Origin: Alphaproteobacteria bacterium
GTDB taxonomy: Bacteria; Pseudomonadota; Alphaproteobacteria; SHVV01
Direction of reading: 5' to 3'
NCBI GenBank assembly: GCA_965261735.1
Contig: OZ253470.1
Coordinates: 512,001-576,000, forward strand
Length of the DNA: 64,000 nucleotides
This document shows positions 30,723 to 39,332 of this stretch, piece by piece (within the stretch, counting starts at the first letter, position 1; every line of letters starts with the position of its first letter). Under the pieces are notes generated by a model, which saw only the letters and a program-made list of their open reading frames with translations, was not told the origin of the DNA and ran no database searches. The translations under genes and the position numbers were made by a program.

Positions 30723-31706
30723 TTAGATGAGATAGGGCCGCTCCGCCGGGCTTGCGCTTGCCGCAGCACGGAAATCCGGTGACCGGGCGACCGCGTACTC
30801 GAAGCGAATGCCATCGGGGTCGCGCACGAACAAGCTGCGCTTTTCCCCATTGTCGACGCGCCGCTCGATCTCGGTACCGACCGCGCCCAACGCGGCCTCG
30901 GCCGCCACGAGATCGCACTCATCGGCGATCTCAAAGCTCGCATGATGGAAGCCGGGCGCCGTATGCCCATCGCCTTTCACCAACGCCAGACTGCACGGAT
31001 AGGACGCACTTGTACTTGCCATGCACACCAGCCCGCCATCGCTGGACTCCTGGACGATCTCCAATCCCGCGACCTCGGTGCAGAAGTCGATCATCCGGCC
31101 GTGGTCGCGGGTGACGAACACCAAGTGGCTTAGGCGGCGCGGGTGGAACGCGGCCGTTTCCACGCGGCGGATATCGTCGCCCGCGGGATAAAGCCGGCGC
31201 GTGTCGGCTGGCGCTGCGTTCGGATCCCAAGGCGAGGTGACCGACCCGCCGGAGCCGCCGTGATACGTCGTGCGCCAGTTCTCGGTCGCGTCGGAATAGA
31301 ACTCATGCGAATTGCCGTCGGGATCGAACACGTACACGCTATGCGATACGGTGTGCGTCAACACGCGCTGGATCGGAAACCCAGTGGCGACCGCCCGGTT
31401 GTAGGCGGCAACCAGGGCTTTCTCGGTATCCATCTCCCAAGCGACATGGTTGAGGCCGGGCGTGCCCGCCATGGCATCGCGCGTCGCCGATTGGTACTTG
31501 ATCGGCAGGATGGCGAGATCGTGGTGGCTCGAACCGTTCGAAAACAAACTGAGTTCAACCGGCTCCTCGTAGTAGACCGGCTCGAAGCCGCATACATGGT
31601 GATAGAACGCCCGCGATCGATCATGGTCGCCGACAAATAGCGTCACATGCGCGGCGCGGCGCGGCGCGAACCGAATCGGGGCGTGGGGGGCGGCGTCAAG
31701 GCTCAT
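30723..31706 (-). CDS. Two-domain VOC extradiol dioxygenase-like protein, paralog 3
   Basis: PRRAAHVTL, NGSSHHD, GLNHVAWE, H.VSHSVY..DPDGNSHEFY. Confidence 0.8.
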   Translation of the reverse strand: MSLDAAPHAPIRFAPRRAAHVTLFVGDHDRSRAFYHHVCGFEPVYYEEPVELSLFSNGSSHHDLAILPIKYQSATRDAMAGTPGLNHVAWEMDTEKALVAAYNRAVATGFPIQRVLTHTVSHSVYVFDPDGNSHEFYSDATENWRTTYHGGSGGSVTSPWDPNAAPADTRRLYPAGDDIRRVETAAFHPRRLSHLVFVTRDHGRMIDFCTEVAGLEIVQESSDGGLVCMASTSASYPCSLALVKGDGHTAPGFHHASFEIADECDLVAAEAALGAVGTEIERRVDNGEKRSLFVRDPDGIRFEYAVARSPDFRAAASASPAERPYLI

Positions 31707-31882
31707 GGCAGCACCTTTTGTCGGAGCAAACGGAGGGCGCGGGCATTGGGCGGCTGACTCGCGCGGCCTGTCAAGCTTAGCGGAACGGAATTTCCTAGTT
31801 TAAGGTTTTGACATTCCGCCCCGTTTCGGGCCATATTGATCTTGTCTAGAGATTGATACGGCTCAAACGGAAGCGGAATGCC

Positions 31883-32770
31883 ATGAACATCATACAGATT
31901 TTCGAGCGGTTCCCTACACAGAAAGACTGCATCGCCCATCTTGAGACGGCTCGATGGGGCGGCGAACCGTCGTGCCCCTACTGCGGATCGCTCAACACCG
32001 CGCCCAGCCAACACCGCCACCGCTGCTACGACTGCAAGACCTCGTTTAGCGTCACAGTCGGCACGATCTTTCACCACACGCATATGCCACTGCAAAAGTG
32101 GTTCTTGGCGGTCATGCTGATGCTGAACGCCAAGAAGGGCCTGTCCGCCCTTCAGCTATCACGCGATCTCAAGGTCAACAAGAACACGGCATGGCGGATC
32201 ACCATGCAGATCCGCAAGGCCATGACGCAAGCCGAACAGCGTGGCTTGCTGACCGGCATCGTGGAAATGGACGAGACCTATGTCGGCGGGAAGCCCAGGA
32301 AGGGCACTAAGGGCGATGGCGATGGCGGCAAGCACAAGCCTGGACGCGGCACCAAGAAGGCTCCAGTGATTGGCGCGGTCGAACGTGGCGGCAATGTCAC
32401 GGCAAAGGCCGTTGCTAAGGACAAGATGAAGGGCAGGCACATGCGTGCCTTTGTGCGGGATCGCATCGACACATCAAAGGCGAGCCTGATAACGGACGAG
32501 TACAAAGCATACCTCGGCATGGCGAAGGTGCTGCCGCACGCCGTCATCAAGCACGCTGACTGGTACGTGGACGGCGACATTCACACAAACACCATCGAGG
32601 GGTTTTGGGCTCTGTTGAAGCGCGGCATGTTCGGCCAGTTCCACAGCGTCAGCCGCCGCCACCTGCAACGGTATGTCGATGAGTTCTGCTACCGCTACAA
32701 CCTGCGCAAGGCCGATCCATTCGCAGCTTTCGATCTCACCATCAATCGCGGACTGGGAGTGGCACGATGA
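31883..32770 (+). CDS. IS1595 transposase
   Basis: CPYC...C..C Zn ribbon, VEMDETYVGG, TDE, HTNTIEGFW, YVDEF.YRYN. Confidence 0.92.
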   Translation: MNIIQIFERFPTQKDCIAHLETARWGGEPSCPYCGSLNTAPSQHRHRCYDCKTSFSVTVGTIFHHTHMPLQKWFLAVMLMLNAKKGLSALQLSRDLKVNKNTAWRITMQIRKAMTQAEQRGLLTGIVEMDETYVGGKPRKGTKGDGDGGKHKPGRGTKKAPVIGAVERGGNVTAKAVAKDKMKGRHMRAFVRDRIDTSKASLITDEYKAYLGMAKVLPHAVIKHADWYVDGDIHTNTIEGFWALLKRGMFGQFHSVSRRHLQRYVDEFCYRYNLRKADPFAAFDLTINRGLGVAR

Positions 32771-33666
32771 CCGAGCCTCTGAAGGTCATTGCCGGAGCGG
32801 CGGATCGGCCACTGATCATCGGCGACATCAAGATCGACTGCTATGTGCTCGAAGACGAGACGCGTGTATTGAGCAGAGGCGGGTTTCAATCCGCCTTGGG
32901 TCGCCACCGGACTTCACGGAAGCATCAGCAGGATGACGTAGTCAACCTCCCGGCCTTTCTGGCTGCTTCTAATCTAAATCCCTTTGTTTCAAAGGCTTTA
33001 GTGACGGCGTCAACCCCGGTCGAGTTTCTGGCCCCATCTCGCGGTCCAATCGCTTATGGCTATCGAGCGGAGCTACTTCCACAGGTCTGCGAAGTCTACC
33101 TGAAGGCGAGGGAGGCCGGAGCGTTGCTTCCTTCGCAACTCCACATTGCCGCGCAAGCTGAAATTCTGATCCGTGGCCTCGCCACCATCGGCGTCATCGC
33201 ATTAGTCGATGAGGCAACAGGCTACCAGGAAATTCGGGCGCGCCGTGCTCTTGCGACAATCCTTGAGAAGTTCATTGCCGAGGAGCTACAGCCATGGACC
33301 AAGACTTTCCCCATCGAATTCTACTTGGAGATTTGCCGCCTCAAAGGATGGCCGACTGATTTTGCCATTAAGCGTCCTTCTGTAGTTGGTCATTACACAA
33401 ATGATATCGTGTATGACCGTATCGCCCATGGTCTGTTGGCCGAGTTGCGCTCCATAAATCCAGTTCTCCCAGAAGGGTACAGACGGGACAAACATCACCA
33501 ATGGTTCGCCCCGGAGTTCGGCCACCCGAAGCTTAAGGAACATCTGGTCGGTGTTATGGCATTAATGAGGGCCGCACCGACGTTCGGGTGGAATAATTTC
33601 ATGCGGAGCTTGCAGCGCGCATACCCGAAGTTGAACGAAACAATCCCCCTAACGCTGGATGATTGA
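32767..33666 (+). CDS. P63C domain protein (IS passenger)
   Basis: I.CYVLED.TRVLS, GLA.IG.IALVDEATGYQ, W.KTFP.EFY, HHQW; ATGA overlap with the transposase. Confidence 0.85.
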   Translation: MTEPLKVIAGAADRPLIIGDIKIDCYVLEDETRVLSRGGFQSALGRHRTSRKHQQDDVVNLPAFLAASNLNPFVSKALVTASTPVEFLAPSRGPIAYGYRAELLPQVCEVYLKAREAGALLPSQLHIAAQAEILIRGLATIGVIALVDEATGYQEIRARRALATILEKFIAEELQPWTKTFPIEFYLEICRLKGWPTDFAIKRPSVVGHYTNDIVYDRIAHGLLAELRSINPVLPEGYRRDKHHQWFAPEFGHPKLKEHLVGVMALMRAAPTFGWNNFMRSLQRAYPKLNETIPLTLDD

Positions 33667-33671
33667 GGGAG

Positions 33672-35024
33672 ATGATCGTGGCTCTAGGGCAAGAGTTTAG
33701 ATCTCGGATGTTTTTGTATAGATTAATCCTTGCCTATCCGGTTAACGCCCATGACCGCTACATGTAGGGTGCCGCCACTCTCCCGAGTAAAGCTCGGCAT
33801 AGGTTGGAGCAGAGGTGTCGCCCGCGATGCCGAGCAATGAGCGGAAGGCGTTGAACGGGTAGAACCGCCTGTTGAAGCGGAAGGTGAACTCGTTGAGGTA
33901 GGCTTGTAGGTGCTGGTGGCTAACGCCGTGGTGGATACCGATCAGCCACGTCTTCAGGTTGGCGAAAACCAGATGGATGATCGGCAGGTATTGCTCGGCA
34001 ACCTCTGGATCACCACACTCGGCAACAGCGAAGTGCTCATAGCCGCGCTTACCGAGGCCAGCATAGCCGCTCCAATCGTCAGTAACGATCAGCGATCGCG
34101 GCGCGACGGTGCTCTCGACGAACCCACAGAGCGACTCGGCGCTACGGTCGAGCACGACGGCGAGCCGAACGCGTCCGGCATAGCGTCCGTCTTTCCGGTT
34201 GTCGAGCTTGGTGCCCGGCTTTCGATGACGCACCTCGATGGCACAGGAGACGGGAACCTTGTGGTGAACACCACGGCCTTCCCCACGCGTTCGCCCGCCA
34301 ACCCAGGTTTCGTCCACCTCAACATGGTTCTTGGGCTGTCCACCGATCCTGTCTTGGTTGGGCCGCACCATGCCCGAGCGGAGCTTGTGGAGAATTTGAA
34401 AGGCCGTCTCGTAGCGCGAAAGACCAAGTTGCCGCTGAAACTGCACGGCGGACATGCCGGGCGTCTAACTGGCGACCAGATAAGCGGCCCAGAACCAGAC
34501 GTTCAGCGGAGTGTGGCTACGCTCCATCACTGTTCCCACCGTCAGCCCGGTGTTCTGGCGGCACTTGCGGCAGCGCAGGACGCCAGGGCGGTTTTCAAAG
34601 TGGAACGGCTCTCCCGCCGTGCCGCAGTGCGGGCAGGCAAAGCCGTCTCCCCAGCGGGCTTTCTCCAGGTAGGCGGCGCAGGCCGCATCATCGGGGAAAA
34701 GTCGCTGGAACTCGGGTAGCGAATGCGGGAATGGGAGATCGGCGCGGTCGAGAACATCCATGGCGCGCTCCCCTATATCCGGGTTGCGCCCATTCTAGCC
34801 CTAGTGGGTGTGGGTGTAAACCGGATAGGCAAGGATTAATCGTCGCACTGATCATCTTGGCGGTTACCATTTGCGTGTCCGCCGTCTGGCAGAAGATGAT
34901 CTATACAATTCCCGTACTAGCAGTTTTGCTGTTCCTATTTGCGGGCATAAAAGGTCTCGGCAGTAACGCCACTACGCGTAATCTTGACGAAGATTCGCCA
35001 GACATAGACCCCCATGGTGGATAA
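33672..35024 (+). pseudogene. Small two-TM membrane protein (79 aa when rejoined) split by IS1595 copy 2
   Basis: GAGG RBS; 33672-33728 joined to 34842-35024 restores one frame, MIVALGQEFRSRMFLYRLIVALIILAVTICVSAVWQKMIYTIPVLAVLLFLFAGIKG... Confidence 0.6.
33729..34833 (-). mobile_element. IS1595-family element, copy 2 (transposase 33742-34761 with a premature TAG)
   Basis: Near-identical to copy 1; 8-bp duplication GATTAATC (33721-28, 34834-41); CAG>TAG at 34465-67. Confidence 0.92.
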
Positions 35025-35050
35025 ATAGGACCTTAAACTAGGAAATTCCG

Positions 35051-35573
35051 TTCAAAGATGTTCAACTTGGCCGAGTTGTGGGGCCTGCGCCCGGACGGCT
35101 CGAACCCCTGCCTGCACGTCAAGCGCTACAAGGAGGAGAAGCGTGAGCGGTTCTTGAACGCGGAGGAATTCACCCGGCTTGGCCGGGTTCTTGACGAGAT
35201 TCTGGCGGACGGCTCGGAGACCCGCTCGGCGGTAGCCGCGATCCGTCTCCTGATGCTGACCGGCTGCCGGCTCTCGGAGATCCAAAAGCTGCGCTGGCAG
35301 CATGTCGATCTCGACGCGGGAGAGCTTCGGCTCCCCGACACCAAGACTGGGGGGCGAGCGGTTCCGCTGGCGCCCTCCGCCGTTCGGTTGCTGACCTCCC
35401 TGCCCCGTGATGCGGACAATCCGTGGGTGATCGCGGGCCGCAAACCGGGCTGGCACCTCACCGACCTGCAGCACCCTTGGCGGCGCATCCGTGGACGCGC
35501 CGGACTCGACGACGTGCGCATTCACGACCTCCGTCACAGTTGTGCATCTCTGTCTTACAGCTTGGCTGCTTGA
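35051..35573 (+). pseudogene. Tyrosine integrase central fragment, truncated at both ends
   Basis: LTGCR.SEI, KTG.R.VPL, IHDLRHS, then divergent sequence; no LLGH motif or catalytic Tyr. Confidence 0.85.
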
Positions 35574-35775
35574 TTGACTATAACATACTGTAACTTATAT
35601 CTTTTTTTACTCGATTTCGCAGCCTCAAAAAAAGCAGATCTCCATTCCGTGTACAAGCGGTCACCGGATTGGACTCAATGGAGGGGGTGACATGTCCACC
35701 CTGAGCTATCATTTTCCGGAATTGGCGATTGGCGCGGCCGGGTAGGAGGGGTCGTTACCGAGCCCCTCCCCCCCA

Positions 35776-37694
35776 GTTGCGGTAGGAATGCGTATTGCTG
35801 CGCACCCCCCGCGCAGATCCGGACGTGGTCGTTGAACCATCCGGCTCCTACCTCGGGTGATTGACGGCAAACCGCTGGTCCGGCCATGGGTGGCGGATGG
35901 AGGCGCGTGACCACAGGATTTCGGTTATGCGCTCCAGTCGCTTCCAACTGAATCGGGCTCGCTGGGACCGCCGGCGTAGCGCCCGCATCCACAGGCGTTG
36001 CAGCCTGCGGTGGAACGCACGGATGAACCGGCCCGACCCCGGGACGGCAAAGTAGTTGAGCCAGCCTTCGCAGACCCGCCCGAGCCACTTTCCGACCTCC
36101 CAGATGTCGTGATGCCAGCGCTTGCGAAGCACCTCATCGATGCGCGCCAGGGTCCTGTTGACCCGTTTGGCGACCGGTTTGCGACCAAGCCGAAAGCGTC
36201 CTCTCCGGGTCGTCGTGCAGTAGTGCGTGAAGCCCAGGAAGTCGAAAGTCTCCGGCTTGCCCACCCCGCGCTGGCGACGGTTCTTCACCGCGAACCGGCC
36301 AAACTCCACGAGGCGGGTCTTGTCCTGGTGGAGGCTGAGACCGAACCGGGCCAGCCTCTCCCGAACGTCGCGGAGATACCGCTCCGCATCCCGCTTGTGT
36401 TGGAACCCGACAACGATATCGTCGGCGTAACGGACGATGATCGCTTCGCCATCCGGGGCGTTCGGGCGCCATTTCTTGTCGAACCACAGGTCGAGTACGT
36501 AGTGCAGGAACACGTTCGCCAAGACGGGGGAAACTACTGCCCCCTGCGGCGTGCCCATGCCCGCGTCTGTCCATGATCCACCGTCCATGACGCCAGCGTT
36601 CAGCCATTTCCGGATCAGGCGGATGACCCGTCTGTCGCCGATGCGGTGCTCAAGGAACGTGATCAACCAATCCCTCGGGATTGTGTCGAAGTACGCCCGT
36701 AGATCCGCGTCGGCTATCCAGCTGACCTTGCGCCGTTCTATCCCGAAGGCCAGGGCATCGAGCGCATCGTGCGCGCCCCGCCCCGGTCGGAACCCGTAGC
36801 TGAAGCCAAGAAACTCCACCTCGTAGATCGGTGTCAGGATCACATCCACAACCGCTTTCTGGACGATCTTGTCCTCCAGCGCCGCGATCCCGAGCGGTCG
36901 TGTTCCGCCGTCCGGCTTGGGTATCTCTACCCGCCGAACCGGCGGCGCCCGGTACGCTCCCCCGCTGTGCAGACGCCGGTGCAGGTCGAGCAAGCGCTCA
37001 TCCAGACCTTCGCCATACATATCCCACGTGATGCCGTCGACACCCGCCGCAGCGTCCCGCTTTAGTGCGTGGAACGCCCGGTGCAGCGCATCCGGCGTGA
37101 TGTGGTGGAAGAGCGCGGTGAGATGTTCCTTCGGGTCTCTCTCCGCAGCTTTCCGTATCCGGGCCGCCGCCTGTGGCACGCTTGCCCGACACTGAGTTCG
37201 GCGCGTGCTTTGGCAATCCGAATTCCCCTTGGTTGAGGCCCTTTCCTCCGGCGACTCCGCAGAAGCTCGCGCTCCCTTGTTCGCCGCCCTCACAGGTCGT
37301 ATGGCCTCATCCGACTTCTTCAAACCGTTCATCATAGGCTTCGGTTTTCTCCATTCCCTACGCGGCCCCTTTACGACATCCGGGGCAGTTTGAAGACCTC
37401 CCAGGGTCCCGACAGAAGGCGTGCGAACGTGCATGGGTTCTCTGACACCGCGGGGCTCGCCGACATCTCACCAAAACGATGCCTGCGATGTTGCCTTCGA
37501 CCGATCTGAAAGCCTCGGCACCCCGGACCATCGCTTTTTCGATGCTCAATAGCCCTGCCCATCCGTACCGCTACCGACGCTTCGCCTGCCCCCTCGCGGG
37601 AGCCGACGCACGGCTCGCGGAGAAACGTGGTTCGGTTACTCCTTCGTTTCGGGGGACTTGCACCCCCTACCTTCTGCCAGTTCGCCTGGCGCAC
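35776..37694 (-). mobile_element. Inner group II intron (1919 nt) with RT ORF
   Basis: 5' GTGCG at 37694; DV GAGCCGGATG..CACGTCCGGATCTG; 3' end CCTACCGCAAC at 35776. Confidence 0.9.
35848..37434 (-). CDS. ltrA: Group II intron reverse transcriptase/maturase without endonuclease domain
   Basis: AAGVDG, IPKPDG..RPLGI, SYGFRPGR, GTPQG, RYADD, FDFLGF, GW.NYF; true start probably at the MMNG methionines. Confidence 0.93.
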   Translation of the reverse strand: MHVRTPSVGTLGGLQTAPDVVKGPRREWRKPKPMMNGLKKSDEAIRPVRAANKGARASAESPEERASTKGNSDCQSTRRTQCRASVPQAAARIRKAAERDPKEHLTALFHHITPDALHRAFHALKRDAAAGVDGITWDMYGEGLDERLLDLHRRLHSGGAYRAPPVRRVEIPKPDGGTRPLGIAALEDKIVQKAVVDVILTPIYEVEFLGFSYGFRPGRGAHDALDALAFGIERRKVSWIADADLRAYFDTIPRDWLITFLEHRIGDRRVIRLIRKWLNAGVMDGGSWTDAGMGTPQGAVVSPVLANVFLHYVLDLWFDKKWRPNAPDGEAIIVRYADDIVVGFQHKRDAERYLRDVRERLARFGLSLHQDKTRLVEFGRFAVKNRRQRGVGKPETFDFLGFTHYCTTTRRGRFRLGRKPVAKRVNRTLARIDEVLRKRWHHDIWEVGKWLGRVCEGWLNYFAVPGSGRFIRAFHRRLQRLWMRALRRRSQRARFSWKRLERITEILWSRASIRHPWPDQRFAVNHPR

Positions 37695-38694
37695 CAGACC
37701 CGAGCGTGCGCGATTGACGCACTCGGTTCCTCACCTGCCAGGTTCGCTCAGGATGCTTATGCTCCCTCGCCTGTTCGGCTATCCACTGCTGTTTCGTGTA
37801 CGTGTTGGTGGAACTCAGCGTTTCCTCCAGCGTTTCCCATCAGTGGGTCTGTGCAGATGACGCTCCGCTTCCCTCGAGCGGGTCCCGATGGCCACGGTTC
37901 CCCGCCTTCAGCGGTACTATCAGAGCGCTACGACTTCCTGCTCCTGCATGTCCTTCGGCTTATTGATTTCGCCAGCCGGCTCCGCAGGCGTCTGCCGGGG
38001 TTCGTGTTCGCCAAGGCGCTCCCGCCGCCATGCAGACCTGACGACGGGCCGGGGTCTGGATTGTTCACACTGGCCGTCCCCTTTCCAGCGATCTTGCCCA
38101 CGGGCAAGAGCAGGATCTCCCAGGTTCCCTGGCGGTCCATCCCGTGACTTTGCGCCGGTCCACGACCCCGGACGTCCCGTTGCGCCTCGCCATTAGCGGC
38201 GCTTCCGGTGCTGCCCACACACGATTAACAATGAAGGCGTCATCATTTACGATTTCGAGGCTTACCGCGGCGCTTCATCACCTGCTGTCTACGCTTCACG
38301 ACGGGCGTTGCCGCACGCCATGCAAGACTCGCTTCCGGCTGGCGGGCTGCGCCTTTGCCGGGCGGGAGTCGTACCCGCTGGATCGCTACGAGAGGTTTCA
38401 GCTCATGTCATCCTCCTCTCCAGGGCTTTCCCTGGCGCAATAATCGTTCGCTCAGACCGTGGAGAACCGAATTGGCGGAGGCAGGAAATATGCAGGGCAA
38501 TATCTTGAGTAAGTTGCGCGGTTCAGAGATCAGTGCGCAGAAGTCGTCACAGGCGTCGTCGTGTCAAGCCGCTTCGCGGCTCCTTCCCTCTCTGCGCAGG
38601 CACTGAATGCCTCGGTCGACCGCGCCATATGAATCGCGCGCTCGCAAAACATCAGACGGCTGAGATCTGGGCTCTGATCGATGTCCTTCTGGTA

Positions 38695-39332
38695 TCAATC
38701 TGATTCTGATTCCTGTGACAACCAATACTCGACGTGGTGATCGGTAAAAAAGAGCTTGACGATTTCCCCGGTGCCGGAGATCGCGAATTCGATTTGCCAG
38801 CCAGTGACGTGCGAGGCCTCGTCGAAGCAGATGGACATTTGCTTCGGACTGTCCCGAAGAGCGGCGGTGACGCCAGCACGGGTGAATTGTCGTCCGTAGT
38901 TGTCGTGATGTAGTTTGCACAGCAGTATCAGATTCCCAGCGTGGCGCACGGCACCGGCCGACACCAGATCGGTATGATGCGCGTGGACGACGCTCTGACG
39001 CACTTCCTCCGACTCAATGTAGCTGCCGACTGGCGCCAACTCGCCGGGCGGATGTTCGCACAGGCACATCTGGCAATGGCTTGCATAGTGGTCGTGCTTT
39101 AGCTCCTCAATATGCTTCTTCTCAAGCTCAGGAGTTTGTCTACGGCCGTCGTCCCCGCCCGAGCCCTGTGAACCGGACTGTCCCTTGGAGCCTCGCGACC
39201 GTCCCGTTGATTCATTTGAGATGGGACCGGGTTTGGGCCTATTGCGCTCCGGATCGGGCGTGAAGGGAGAGTGACCGCCTCCCGCTTCTCCAAGCCCAGC
39301 GCCCTCACAGATTGACCGAATTGCCTTCCGTA
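38695..39332 (-). pseudogene. C-terminal fragment with a Gly/Ser linker and an HNH-like domain
   Basis: Frame is open from about 39332 with no start codon before 39069: ...GSQGSGG...YASHCQMCLC...HAHH...GNLILLCKLHHD. Confidence 0.55.

Larger units (their letters stand above)
31786..35050 (+). mobile_element. IS1595-family element carrying passenger genes (tIS)
   Basis: Perfect IRs CGGAATTTCCTAGTTTAAGGT (from 31786) and ACCTTAAACTAGGAAATTCCG (to 35050); no flanking duplication. Confidence 0.85.
35737..38440 (-). ncRNA. Outer, ORF-less group II intron (785 nt once the inner intron is removed)
   Basis: 5' TTGCG at 38440; DV GAACCGAGTGCG..CGCACGCTCGGGTCTG ending at 37695; DVI GGGGAGGGG..GGTAAC..CCCCTCCTACCCGGC at 35775-35737; EBS1 TAATCG (38227-38222) is complementary to the exon end CGATTA. 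Confidence 0.8.

Noticed and set aside
35848-37434. RT as a retron, DGR or defence-associated RT
   Set aside because: It has maturase motifs and lies inside canonical group II intron ends with DV and DVI
35575-38563. Host gene interrupted by the twintron
   Set aside because: The rejoined minus-strand exons give an open frame of about 100 codons but no convincing start, RBS or motif; treated as intergenic
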